A stretch of DNA of 60,862 bases from Bacillus phage vB_BspP_Dartukuta, in sequence record MW749009.1; one strand, given 5' to 3'. Each line of letters begins with the position of its first letter. Position 1 is the stretch's first letter. Both the position numbers and the translations under genes were made by a program. Positions 1 to 9,126 of this stretch are shown one piece after another. The notes beneath the pieces were generated by a model that had not been told where the DNA came from, searched no databases, and was given only the letters and a program-made list of their open reading frames with translations.

Positions 1-101
1 AGTTGCTTCATTCGGTTGTACTCGTCTATCTGTGGATGACTTGGTGCTATACCGGTGCTACATTTAGCACTTCTCAAATCTGTTTTAGCACCGGTGATGG
101 C

Positions 102-1205
102 ATGGGATCTATTTATACTAGGAAAAATCAGGATGGCACTAACAAGTTCACAGCGCAAATACGCATTAAGAGAAAGCAAAAAGTAGTCTATCAAGAGTCG
201 CAAACTTTTAATAAGAAGACAGTCGCGCAAGCATGGATGAAGAAGCGCGAAGCTGAGCTAGCTCTGCCAGGCGCACTGGACGCTATCATAAACAAGTCTG
301 ACGTAAATATCGCACAGATTATCGAGCGCTATTTAGATGAGTATGAAGCCGTCAGGCCGCTAGGTAGAACCAAGCGAGCAACACTGAAAGCAATCGCAAG
401 CACACCACTAGGCGAGGTCATGGCTGAGGACCTTACATCGCAGATCATAGTCGAGTACGCGCAGCACCGAATGAAGAACGATGGAGTGCAGGCCCAAACT
501 ATCGGCAACGACTTGGCGCACCTTGGCGCAGTGCTATCAGTAGCAAGGCCTGCATGGGGTTATGCGATTGACGGTATCGCAATGAAGGACGCCAGAACAG
601 TGCTAAAAAAGATGAACTTAATATCAAGTAGCAAAGAAAGGGACCGCAGACCAACCATCGAAGAGCTTGAGCTGATACTGAGCCATTATGACGACATGAA
701 AAAAAGGCGCAATCAAGAAATCGATATGTTTAAGATTGTTGGTTTTGCGCTATTCTCGACACGTCGCATGGATGAGATAACTCGGATCAAATGGGATCTG
801 GTAGATGAGGAGGGGCAAAGGGTTCTCATAAAGGATATGAAAAACCCCGGCAATAAATGGGGGAATGATATCTGGTGCTACGTGCCTGATGAGGCTTGGG
901 CAATTATGCAGTCGATACCTAGAAGCAAAGAAGGGCCGTTCCCGTACAATTCAAAATCTATTAGCTCGTCATTCACAAGGGCGTGCAAGTTTCTTCAGAT
1001 TGAAAACCTGCACTTCCATGACTTGAGGCATGAGGGTGTCACTAGATTATTCGAAATGGGCTGGGATATACCCAAAGTTGCTTCGGTATCAGGGCATCGC
1101 GACTGGAACTCAATGCGCAGATATACGCACTTGAGGGGCGTAGGTGATAGGTACGAGGGGTGGGAGTGGGTTAATCGGATGGTAGAAAGTAAGAGTATAC
1201 TCTAA
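102..1205 (+). CDS. int: Tyrosine-type site-specific recombinase (phage integrase)
   Basis: ORF track 3..1205; most plausible ATG at 102 (MGSIYTRK...). C-terminal catalytic signature HFHDLRHEG...GHRDWNSMRRYTHL (R/H-x-x-R...Y of tyrosine recombinases). Confidence 0.9.
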   Translation: MGSIYTRKNQDGTNKFTAQIRIKRKQKVVYQESQTFNKKTVAQAWMKKREAELALPGALDAIINKSDVNIAQIIERYLDEYEAVRPLGRTKRATLKAIASTPLGEVMAEDLTSQIIVEYAQHRMKNDGVQAQTIGNDLAHLGAVLSVARPAWGYAIDGIAMKDARTVLKKMNLISSSKERDRRPTIEELELILSHYDDMKKRRNQEIDMFKIVGFALFSTRRMDEITRIKWDLVDEEGQRVLIKDMKNPGNKWGNDIWCYVPDEAWAIMQSIPRSKEGPFPYNSKSISSSFTRACKFLQIENLHFHDLRHEGVTRLFEMGWDIPKVASVSGHRDWNSMRRYTHLRGVGDRYEGWEWVNRMVESKSIL

Positions 1206-1474
1206 GCGCGTTTTCTACCCCATAGACGTTCATGATCATCCTTAGCTGACTGGTGCTGCTTATCTAGGTAGGCGGCAAGATCACGAACATGCACGCCGCG
1301 CGCGGCCTGCCTGCTGCTATCCATCTGCACTAAAGGCAAGTCTATTTTGCCGTGCGCAATGTTTTGCCGCAGATTCTTTGGTGATAAGTGGCTGAAGTAG
1401 TCAGCACAAACAGTATCAACAGGAATGATTGCCTGGCCGTTGTATTGGGCCATTAGTAAAAACAAAGTATTCAT
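1202..1474 (-). CDS. PrtN-like small DNA-binding protein (possible excision or regulatory factor)
   Basis: 90-aa ORF abutting the int stop; N-terminus MNTLFLLMAQY... matches my memory of the PrtN (pyocin activator) family that often sits beside phage integrases. Not searched. Confidence 0.55.
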   Translation of the reverse strand: MNTLFLLMAQYNGQAIIPVDTVCADYFSHLSPKNLRQNIAHGKIDLPLVQMDSSRQAARGVHVRDLAAYLDKQHQSAKDDHERLWGRKRA

Positions 1475-1598
1475 TGGTTGCCTTTTTTAGTTAGTCTCTG
1501 CCGTTCAAGTAGCGCGCCGCATCGTTTGCACTGCTGCTTTTCAGTGGCGCACTGGTCGTTAGGCCGCCGCGTTTTGCGACAGATTACCTTGGTATTCA

Positions 1599-2360
1599 TT
1601 AAGACCCTGTGCTTCCAAAACCACTAGATCCGCGCTCTGTATCGCTAAGGTCTTTGCTCTCTTCAAAAAAAACACGCACCACAGGCTGTATGGCTGCCTG
1701 AGCAATGCGCTCACCTTTCTCTATCTCAAAGCCTGAGCTGCTTGAGTCAGTAACCAGCAAGACTTTAACTTCGCCTCGGTAGTCGTGGTCAATAGTCCCA
1801 GAAAAGGCATGCACACCATGATTGAAAGCCAAGCCTGATCGCGGGCGAATAACCATTTCATAACCTGGTGGAATCTCAACGGATATACCGGTGCTAACTA
1901 TTGCTCGACCGTAAAAACTTTGAGTATCTTCAAGAGCATATAGATCAAAGCAAGCCGCGCCGGCACTGCCGTATGTCGGAGTTTTAGCGTCTGGGTGTAA
2001 TTTCTTTAATTTGATTATCACTTTGCCACCTTGTTTTTCAGTTTCATTTTGTCTAGCAATTTGTCTAGCAATATCGTCGTAGACCTTCCCATCATTGCCG
2101 TTTTGCATTATCGGAATCATTCTTTCGTCTGCTGACGCCGGCCAGTTGCCCTGCCATGCTTCTGTTTCCAATGGCTTCTTTACTTCATCCATGATCTCGG
2201 AGAACTCGACCAGCGGTCTAACAAAGTGCTGCCCGAGCTCGTTGTGGTAAACAACAAAGCTGTCGTCACCACTGGTATTCAGCGATCCGCTGCCTCTTGC
2301 AATTGCATGGATGCGATACGATCCACCTTTACGTTTGTGTTTAAATTGTTTTGTTTGCAT
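1599..2360 (-). CDS. dut: dUTP diphosphatase (dUTPase) with ~110-aa N-terminal extension
   Basis: Motifs AGAACFDLYA, RPRSGLA and GTIDHDYRGEV in the C-terminal ~145 aa; the N-terminal ~110 aa is unassigned. Confidence 0.85.
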   Translation of the reverse strand: MQTKQFKHKRKGGSYRIHAIARGSGSLNTSGDDSFVVYHNELGQHFVRPLVEFSEIMDEVKKPLETEAWQGNWPASADERMIPIMQNGNDGKVYDDIARQIARQNETEKQGGKVIIKLKKLHPDAKTPTYGSAGAACFDLYALEDTQSFYGRAIVSTGISVEIPPGYEMVIRPRSGLAFNHGVHAFSGTIDHDYRGEVKVLLVTDSSSSGFEIEKGERIAQAAIQPVVRVFFEESKDLSDTERGSSGFGSTGS

Positions 2361-2661
2361 TGCTCACCTCAATATCTCGCAAGTGCATCTCTAGCAGCGC
2401 AATCGCGTTCCATGCTTCATGCGCCAGGTGACTTAACCCTGAGTCGGCATCTACTTTCTCAATCGCGCCAAGCAGCATGTGCCTTCCTTTGGCGTCCCGA
2501 TAGCGCTTTTCTTTATCAGCAACTAAAAGCCAATTATCGTCATCGTATTTTTCAGCGCCAAACGCTGCCACCTTTGAGACTTCAAGCATTGCTCGCGCCA
2601 TTGCGCTGAAAATCAGATCAGGGCGCGGCTTACCTTGGTCGTGCTTAACGCCCTTGCTCAT
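2341..2661 (-). CDS. Conserved small phage protein, nucleotide-diphosphohydrolase-like (tentative)
   Basis: 106 aa; pattern DQGKPRPDLI...FGAEKY..NW...SGLSHLAHEAWNAIALLE resembles a small phage domain family I recall as dATP/dGTP diphosphohydrolase N-terminal-like. Family assignment unverified. Confidence 0.35.
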   Translation of the reverse strand: MSKGVKHDQGKPRPDLIFSAMARAMLEVSKVAAFGAEKYDDDNWLLVADKEKRYRDAKGRHMLLGAIEKVDADSGLSHLAHEAWNAIALLEMHLRDIEVSNANKTI

Positions 2662-2885
2662 AGCCCATGCTCCAGCAGATCAGCAATGGCCGCCGTCGAT
2701 TGATCTGGCTCACCAAGCTTAATTAGCGTTATCACCCGATCCATTCGGATCAAGTATTCGACTGCATTATCGATAGCCCCACCAATAAGTTTTGGATCGG
2801 GCATAACGTGCGTATTAACGTCGCTTTTATCGCGACGCCATAAGTTATAGGCAGCAAGAAGCTCTGCCGTTTGCTTGGCGTTCAT
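2658..2885 (-). CDS. Hypothetical protein (75 aa)
   Basis: ORF in the same minus-strand operon, start overlapping the upstream gene stop; no recognisable motif. Confidence 0.4.
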   Translation of the reverse strand: MNAKQTAELLAAYNLWRRDKSDVNTHVMPDPKLIGGAIDNAVEYLIRMDRVITLIKLGEPDQSTAAIADLLEHGL

Positions 2886-2933
2886 AATTCACCACTTACC
2901 GTATTTGTTTGAGCGTGACGCGAGCGCGTGACG

Positions 2934-3179
2934 TTATGAGAAAATTGTTTGTTTCTGCTCTGGCGTTAAGAACTTTGCACCATGGATCAGTCGAGTGATC
3001 ACGTCTTGCGGCTCGTCGATGCCAGTCTCGATCAAGAGCTGATCAAGAGCCTCGTTAGTGCTGTGAAAAAGCTGCAGCTTGATTGTCTTGGCTAGCAGTA
3101 CTGCCAGCCTTTCTTCTTCGCGCAGCTTGTCGCGCGCACGCTTTTCACGCATGCGCTCAGCTGCTGTTTTAGCTGCCAT
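2934..3179 (-). CDS. Hypothetical protein (81 aa), charged/helical
   Basis: ORF track; operon context only. Confidence 0.4.
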   Translation of the reverse strand: MAAKTAAERMREKRARDKLREEERLAVLLAKTIKLQLFHSTNEALDQLLIETGIDEPQDVITRLIHGAKFLTPEQKQTIFS

Positions 3180-3450
3180 GTTTTACAGCCTTGATTTTCA
3201 TGTAGACCCTGCGCCAAAAGACCTCTTTTCTATAGTGAAAACCGTATTTGTTATACAATAGAAATGCTCTGAGCGGTCCGACTACTTTGCTGAAGTCTAT
3301 AATATCAGTACCTGGCGGCATAAAGTTCCGAGCATCGTCCATATCCAAAGCCATGAGCCCTGTGTACCGCTGAATATGAAAACCAGATTGCATTTGCGAG
3401 CCAGATTTTTTAGTTAAAAAAATCCTAAAAAAATCCATTGGTATGGTCAT
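3169..3450 (-). CDS. Hypothetical protein (93 aa)
   Basis: ORF track; its ATG overlaps the stop of the small upstream ORF (ATGA). Confidence 0.4.
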   Translation of the reverse strand: MTIPMDFFRIFLTKKSGSQMQSGFHIQRYTGLMALDMDDARNFMPPGTDIIDFSKVVGPLRAFLLYNKYGFHYRKEVFWRRVYMKIKAVKHGS

Positions 3451-3569
3451 TTTTTAAAAACCTCGATAGTTCCAATTACTACAGCTGCAACAACCAAAAC
3501 TAAAGCTGGCTTTTTCTTGTCGTTTGCATCGTAAATTGCCGCAATTGCTAGCATGTAAAAAAACAGCAT
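3447..3569 (-). CDS. Small hydrophobic protein (40 aa), likely membrane peptide
   Basis: Below the 60-aa track cutoff. Translation MLFFYMLAIAAIYDANDKKKPALVLVVAAVVIGTIEVFKK; AGAGG Shine-Dalgarno 6 nt upstream of the ATG; stop overlaps the start of the next gene. Confidence 0.4.
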   Translation of the reverse strand: MLFFYMLAIAAIYDANDKKKPALVLVVAAVVIGTIEVFKK

Positions 3570-3621
3570 AGATACCTCTTACGCATGCGCTCAGCTACTG
3601 TTTTGTGTTTCATTGCTCTAC

Positions 3622-4131
3622 CTAAATAAGAAGCGCTCGTTTACCGCGGTATGGGTTATCGAACGGAATATCATCATCAAAGCTATCGTAATTAGGCTCT
3701 TGCTGCCCGCCCGCTTGAGCGTTAGCTTTAGGAGCAGGGCTACGCGCTGGCTGTTGAGTTCGCTGAGCGGGCGCGTCTGTATTGTCACTACGGCTATCAA
3801 GCATCTGCATAGTGCCGCCCATATCCACAATAACTTCCGTTGTGTAGCGCTTCACGCCGTCCTTTTCCCATTCACGGGTTTGTAATCGGCCCTCGATGTA
3901 AACCTTTGAGCCTTTGACAAGATACTGCCCAGCAATCTCTGCGATCTTCCCGAAAAGGGAAACACGGTGCCATTCGGTACGCTCCTGCATTTGACCGGAC
4001 TGTTTATCTTTCCAGCTATCGCTAGTGGCTAGCGTTAGGCTTGTAACTGCGTTGCCATTCGGCATGTAGCGGACTTCAGGATCACCGCCAACATTGCCAA
4101 TTAGAATTACTTTGTTTATTCCGCGCGCCAT
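3622..4131 (-). CDS. ssb: Single-stranded DNA-binding protein
   Basis: N-terminus [40 protein letters not shown] (OB fold), Gly/Gln-rich linker, acidic C-terminal tail DDDIPF. Confidence 0.95.
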   Translation of the reverse strand: MARGINKVILIGNVGGDPEVRYMPNGNAVTSLTLATSDSWKDKQSGQMQERTEWHRVSLFGKIAEIAGQYLVKGSKVYIEGRLQTREWEKDGVKRYTTEVIVDMGGTMQMLDSRSDNTDAPAQRTQQPARSPAPKANAQAGGQQEPNYDSFDDDIPFDNPYRGKRALLI

Positions 4132-4430
4132 TATTCAGCCCTTTGTTTGTGGTATGCAGATAGCGCTGAGCAGATATGGTCGTACAGCGTTTCTGACCGA
4201 CTAACGTGATTTGGAACCCATATCGTATCTGCGATTGCCGGATCGTCCGATTCAAGTACAGTCTTTACGACTTCTAGCGCGCTCTCTAGCTGAGCGGCTT
4301 GGGCTTGCATAACTTCGCAGTCTGCAATCAAATCAAGAATCATCTGCGCTCGCGGGTTTAGGCCGCCTTTTTCCGATGCTTCGCGTTTTAGCTCTTGCAT
4401 GCTGTCGCGCAATAACTGGTACTTGCTCAT
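4131..4430 (-). CDS. Hypothetical protein (99 aa)
   Basis: ORF track; operon context. Confidence 0.45.
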   Translation of the reverse strand: MSKYQLLRDSMQELKREASEKGGLNPRAQMILDLIADCEVMQAQAAQLESALEVVKTVLESDDPAIADTIWVPNHVSRSETLYDHICSALSAYHKQRAE

Positions 4431-5005
4431 ACATCACCGCCATGTTTTCGATAGTCGGCAATAGCTGCCCTAGCTTTATCAAAATCCTCTCCAGTTGGCG
4501 TTGGGTTGACCATGAATAACTCAAGAACCTCCAGCAGCTTCGCAACTTCAGTCGCTTGCTGCGGGTGAGCATAGAGCGGGGTGGTTGACCCAGGGCTTAG
4601 CTGCTCGCAAAACTCAGCTACATCTTTGTTAGTAATCACATCTCCGCAAAATGTTTTTTCTCTAACGAGCCACGCCGTAGGCTCTACCAGTTTCGTAACG
4701 TCATCAGCTGGATTCTCAGGCTCAACTGGCAGCACTTTGTAATTACATTTATATCCACAATCTGGATCCCAGTAGTCGCCTGCCTCGTCGCGGCCGTCCT
4801 CATCAATTTCACCATCAGGAAAAACCTGATCGCACATCTTGGCTCTATGTGTTATTTTTCCAACACAAACACTGGTCACTTCCTCGCTCCAACCGTCCAC
4901 CAAATATTCTTGTGTCCACTCGCTGGCTTCATCTAGCGCCTCATCTAGAGTTTCAAAACAATCAAAACCACTCTCATTGCAATACACGAAAAATCGATCT
5001 TTCAT
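4427..5005 (-). CDS. Hypothetical acidic protein (192 aa)
   Basis: ORF track; acidic, Cys-containing; no recognisable family. Confidence 0.45.
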   Translation of the reverse strand: MKDRFFVYCNESGFDCFETLDEALDEASEWTQEYLVDGWSEEVTSVCVGKITHRAKMCDQVFPDGEIDEDGRDEAGDYWDPDCGYKCNYKVLPVEPENPADDVTKLVEPTAWLVREKTFCGDVITNKDVAEFCEQLSPGSTTPLYAHPQQATEVAKLLEVLELFMVNPTPTGEDFDKARAAIADYRKHGGDV

Positions 5006-5014
5006 ACTTAATCC

Positions 5015-5449
5015 CTACAATTGAAACTCCAGTTGCACTTCTTCTGAATGCAGCTGGCGCTTTACTTGGGTTTGCTTGCGTACCGCTTCATAGCCACGCT
5101 TGACGCCTGGCAGCGCAAAGCTGCTTTGCTCGACTTCAGAAATAAACTTCTCAGCGGCATCTTTTGCTGAGAAGTAGCGCATGTACAGCTCGTGGCGCTG
5201 CAGCTTCTCAGGTCTGAAAAGATGCTCAGAACAACGACACCCAAGCGGGCAAGTGCTTTTACAGCCGAATGGCTCGTTGCCGTTTGGTATCAGCTTGTTG
5301 AACTCTGCTCGTGCGAATTGGAAAGCATTTTTATCAATACGGTGGCCGCTGCTTGCCAGCCGCTCTAGCGTTTCAACTTGCTGGCCAGCTAGCGCCAAGC
5401 GCTCTTTTAGCTGGCGCTGTTTCTCTAAAAGAACTTCATCATCCATCAT
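5015..5449 (-). CDS. Hypothetical protein with Cys cluster (144 aa)
   Basis: ORF track; motif FGCKSTCPLGCRCSEH suggests a possible metal-binding site. Confidence 0.45.
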   Translation of the reverse strand: MMDDEVLLEKQRQLKERLALAGQQVETLERLASSGHRIDKNAFQFARAEFNKLIPNGNEPFGCKSTCPLGCRCSEHLFRPEKLQRHELYMRYFSAKDAAEKFISEVEQSSFALPGVKRGYEAVRKQTQVKRQLHSEEVQLEFQL

Positions 5450-5460
5450 GAAACCCGCCC

Positions 5461-5838
5461 TTAATTATTCAGCGCAATACCAATACTTTCAGCAATGCGA
5501 ATCACTGACGGCGCTCGCATTTTGTAGCCGCGCTGACGCATAGCTTTTGCAACTTCAGTCGCTGATCTGCGTATTGTTACGCCTTCAATTTCAATTGTTG
5601 ATAGATCTCGTACTAGGCTAGCGATCTCCTCGCGAGCAACACCGACCTGTTTAGCTTTTGTTTGCGACACGTTGATTGCAGAGTTAAAAGCGGGGCGCTC
5701 GTAGCGCGGCACAGTGCGAGTTTCTAGCACAGTGATCTCGTTGGATTTAAGGAACTCATCCATTTTGCTTTGCAGCTCATTGCGCACCGCATCGCGCATT
5801 ACAATTTCTGCTGTATAGACTGATATATACGACTGCAT
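5461..5838 (-). CDS. Hypothetical protein (125 aa)
   Basis: ORF track; operon context. Confidence 0.45.
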   Translation of the reverse strand: MQSYISVYTAEIVMRDAVRNELQSKMDEFLKSNEITVLETRTVPRYERPAFNSAINVSQTKAKQVGVAREEIASLVRDLSTIEIEGVTIRRSATEVAKAMRQRGYKMRAPSVIRIAESIGIALNN

Positions 5839-5913
5839 TTATCAGCTCCATCTAATAAGTAAAAATTAGCGCCCAGCTTGCTGAGCGCATGCTAAAACAG
5901 AGTTGGCTAGGCG

Positions 5914-7518
5914 CTAAGCGGCTTCGAGCAGGCTCATGGCGTATGAATATCCAGACCAATTATCAACACCTGCATTTTCAAGCGCTGTTAGCTTTGCTAA
6001 AGCGTCAAGCAGCTCCCTGTACTCTGCTTTTGTGATTGTGATGAGCTCAGGCGCGGCATTGGCTGTCACTGCTAGATCTTGATCTGACGCTTGCTCTGCA
6101 AAAGTTTCATGTTTCACTTCAGCGGCGGGCTTGGCGCGAGCATTTTCCTCTGCCAGTTTTTGTTTTTTGCTCTCAGCATCACGCTCAGCCTTTGCTTGTT
6201 CTTCAGCGCGAATACGCAAGCGCTCAGCTTCGATGCGCTTTTCCTCTGTCGCCTTGTGGTCAGAAATGCGCAATCTAACCAATGAACAAAAATCATCATT
6301 CGACTTACTGATAAAGCCTTGTATGTCTGAAAACAGAAACTCAAAACCGGAGGCAAGCTCTTTATAACTGTCAATGTTTGTGCTGATGATCTCTGCCTGC
6401 GCATTGATCTCAATTTTGGCGCGAGCAAGCTCAGAGTCTGCTGCATCCTGCAGGCTTGCGATAGTGCGCTTACCTTTCATTGCACCTGCAAAATCAGCAC
6501 GGAAGCTTGGTATTTGAAACGATCCAAGACGCTTATTGATTGCCGCAACATGATCATTTAACGCAGCGGCAGCATTGTTAAGAATCTCAGCGCGGCGATT
6601 GTCCTTCATAGCCTTGACCAGCTTGTCGAGGTTTAGGCGAGTGGTGCGCGTTTCCTCGCCAATATCGTCTAAGGTGCGAAACAACTCTTCAATGCTGGCT
6701 GTCTGGCTTAGCGCGTGCTGCTTGGCTGCTTGAATGCGACCCTCAACGTCCTTACACCATTTGACTGTTTGCTCTGCATCAGCAAAGTCTTGATCTGTTA
6801 CCAGGTCACGATTGATTGAGCCGATAACGCTTAGCGCATGCGACTTAAACAACGCAAGGTTGCTTGCAGTCACCATGCCGGTTACTTCGATACGCAAGGC
6901 TGGCAGCGAATCAGGCGCTTTACCTGCTGCCTCAACCTGCTTAGGCGCAGGCGCAACAAACTCAGCAAGGTCTTGCTCGAATTGCTTCCAGCCGGCAACA
7001 AGCTGCTCAGCACGACCAGGTACAGCCCGGTATTCCATGTGGACCATATTTTCTTCTGTGCCATCGGAGCACACGAAAATCACATACTCAGCACCACTAA
7101 CAAGCAGCTGCTGCTCAAGCTGCCAATAATAAGCTGGGGAAAGATCGCCAGCTTTAACCTGCTCAACAAGCTCAGCATTCCACAGCTTGTGCTCAAAGAT
7201 AACGTCACCGAGCATGCTTAGGCCATCCATGCTTGCTAGGTACTGGTCCTTAGTACAAACGACCGGATAAAGTTCTTCGCCAATCATTTGTTCAACAATT
7301 GGCCGGGCCAGCGCTTCAGTAACATGGCCGCGATCAAAGTTCTTTTGAGTGAATGCGTCGATTTCAGGCGTAAGGCCAGTTTTTTTCTGTGCCAGCAACT
7401 CGGTGCGCGACTGGTATTTAGAGCAGCCCATCATAGCCGGCGCTTCAGAAGCGGTAAAATACTCGGCTCGCAAAGCAAGCCATTCTGGTGTTCCCTGCTC
7501 TACAGTATGAACTTTCAT
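5914..7518 (-). CDS. YqaJ-type phage exonuclease (recombination exonuclease) with long C-terminal coiled-coil region
   Basis: N-terminus QGTPEWLALRAEYFTASEAPAMMGCSKYQSRTELLAQKKTG ... FEHKLWN is typical of YqaJ/lambda-Exo-like PD-(D/E)XK nucleases; it sits directly upstream of RecT. Confidence 0.8.
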   Translation of the reverse strand: MKVHTVEQGTPEWLALRAEYFTASEAPAMMGCSKYQSRTELLAQKKTGLTPEIDAFTQKNFDRGHVTEALARPIVEQMIGEELYPVVCTKDQYLASMDGLSMLGDVIFEHKLWNAELVEQVKAGDLSPAYYWQLEQQLLVSGAEYVIFVCSDGTEENMVHMEYRAVPGRAEQLVAGWKQFEQDLAEFVAPAPKQVEAAGKAPDSLPALRIEVTGMVTASNLALFKSHALSVIGSINRDLVTDQDFADAEQTVKWCKDVEGRIQAAKQHALSQTASIEELFRTLDDIGEETRTTRLNLDKLVKAMKDNRRAEILNNAAAALNDHVAAINKRLGSFQIPSFRADFAGAMKGKRTIASLQDAADSELARAKIEINAQAEIISTNIDSYKELASGFEFLFSDIQGFISKSNDDFCSLVRLRISDHKATEEKRIEAERLRIRAEEQAKAERDAESKKQKLAEENARAKPAAEVKHETFAEQASDQDLAVTANAAPELITITKAEYRELLDALAKLTALENAGVDNWSGYSYAMSLLEAA

Positions 7519-7522
7519 TGCT

Positions 7523-8290
7523 TTACTCCTGACTTGATTCGATGGCTGGATCTGCTTTGATGTTTAGGATTATTTCGCGCTGCTCATCGCTAAGCGTGTG
7601 CTTTGACTCGATCATTGAAACGATGCGCTCAGGTGTAGTTTTGCCGATACCTACGGCCGCTTCCCACTTGGGCAGGTTGGTTGCTAGGCTTTCATCGCAA
7701 TACGCTGGCAGCGACTCAATGCGCTCTGCTGCTGGGGTCGCCGCCCGATTAATGTCACCCATGTCCTTAGTAGGCGTATCCATTAGCTCTTCAGCTACCG
7801 GCATGCCGCGCAGCACATCGGGGAACACATCACGCAAAGCAAAGGCACGCGCTCGCATTTGACGCATACGCTTCGGGTATTGCGACCAGGGTCCCTGCTT
7901 TCCAGACAAGCCAGCAGCTTTAGCATCGGTCATGCTGAAAGTTCGCACTTGTTCTTCTTCGCCGCGACGCTTAACCCGGCAGGTTGCCGTTTCGCCGTCG
8001 TCTGTTTCGTAAATGTGCTCGCACAGTGGCGAGCCTCGAACAATACCGATAACAGCGTCACCCCATAGGGATGGCCGGCCATTGATTACTGCGATGTTTT
8101 GCATGGCCTGCATCGGCTGCAAGCCAAGCTCTAAGCCCCACTGGATAGCAACTAGGATATTGCCAGAGTTGCCCTTGAAGTCTTTGGGCACAATGTCAGA
8201 CTTCGATAAAATCTCAGCAAACCGGATTGCTTCATCAAGTGATTGCGGCGTCAGACTGAAGCCTGGCTTTTGTTCTGTTAAAGCATTCAT
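7523..8290 (-). CDS. recT: RecT-family single-strand annealing recombinase
   Basis: ATG at 8290 (MNALTEQ...) with GGAG 7 nt upstream. Pattern DIVPKDFKGN..ILVAIQWGLELGL.P....NIAVINGRPSLWGDA matches RecT as I remember it; paired with the exonuclease. Confidence 0.8.
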   Translation of the reverse strand: MNALTEQKPGFSLTPQSLDEAIRFAEILSKSDIVPKDFKGNSGNILVAIQWGLELGLQPMQAMQNIAVINGRPSLWGDAVIGIVRGSPLCEHIYETDDGETATCRVKRRGEEEQVRTFSMTDAKAAGLSGKQGPWSQYPKRMRQMRARAFALRDVFPDVLRGMPVAEELMDTPTKDMGDINRAATPAAERIESLPAYCDESLATNLPKWEAAVGIGKTTPERIVSMIESKHTLSDEQREIILNIKADPAIESSQE

Positions 8291-8367
8291 GTTTTTCTCC
8301 ACGCAAATGCAAGCCATCGCAACTTGCGATTGCTAAAAAAAATGATTTAAAAGTTGGTTGTTGCAGA

Positions 8368-8763
8368 TTAGAGCGTTAAATGCAGCTCAATAGCGCCGCT
8401 GATGATTAGTAGATCTTTGGCTAAGCCTTCCAGTCCGTCAGCGCCTACAAGACGCTTGGCGACTGTTTGGGCGCCGCTTGCTCCGTTGCAAGCCATGATA
8501 ATTAGATCAATTTGCGCACTATCCTGGTCTTCGTCCCACTCAAGGCATGAAAGATGCTCGCTAATGTGCGCACGAAACTGGGACTGAGTAATAAAGTCGC
8601 TATCAAATCCCGCTGCCAGCGCTACGGCTTGGCCGTGCAACCAGTTCGAGCCTTCGGTGCTTTCCAGAAACCGATCAACAGCCGATACCGGGTTAAAATC
8701 TTCTTCGTGCAAATTGTCATAATGGAGCTGGGCAGCAGACATGCGCTGAGTATTAGTTTTCAT
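8368..8763 (-). CDS. Hypothetical protein (131 aa)
   Basis: ORF track; no recognisable motif. Confidence 0.45.
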   Translation of the reverse strand: MKTNTQRMSAAQLHYDNLHEEDFNPVSAVDRFLESTEGSNWLHGQAVALAAGFDSDFITQSQFRAHISEHLSCLEWDEDQDSAQIDLIIMACNGASGAQTVAKRLVGADGLEGLAKDLLIISGAIELHLTL

Positions 8764-8805
8764 AAAAGCCTTCCCTTTAGTTCGTTAGGGCGCAGCGTTA
8801 CGCGC

Positions 8806-8994
8806 TCAATAGCCAAGCATCTTTAAATGGCGCTCAGTATCCATACGCTCCTGATCTTCTTTACTCAGGAAGGTAGCGGTCCATAACTGGCTTGAAACGT
8901 GAACCTTTAGCGGGTTACGCAAGCCAAGGCGTGATACCAGCGCTTCAAGCGAGGCACGACTTTTCGCAACGACTTCGACTCTTTGAGTGGTCAT
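8806..8994 (-). CDS. Hypothetical protein (62 aa)
   Basis: ORF track only. Confidence 0.3.
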   Translation of the reverse strand: MTTQRVEVVAKSRASLEALVSRLGLRNPLKVHVSSQLWTATFLSKEDQERMDTERHLKMLGY

Positions 8995-9126
8995 ATCAAT
9001 TCCTTCTTTTCAAAATTAGGGCAGCTGCACACGCCGGCGCTGCGGGGCCGGTTGAATGGGCATTACGTTAAGTAATTGCAGGTGCGCTCTGCGGTATCAG
9101 CCCGAGCGGGCTAAATTTGAATGCTG

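Noticed and set aside
4333-5543. Alternative ORFs 4333..4572 (minus) and 5181..5543 (plus) overlapping the early genes
   Set aside because: They overlap better-supported co-oriented genes with coupled starts and stops and have Arg/Ser-rich translations typical of off-frame reading.
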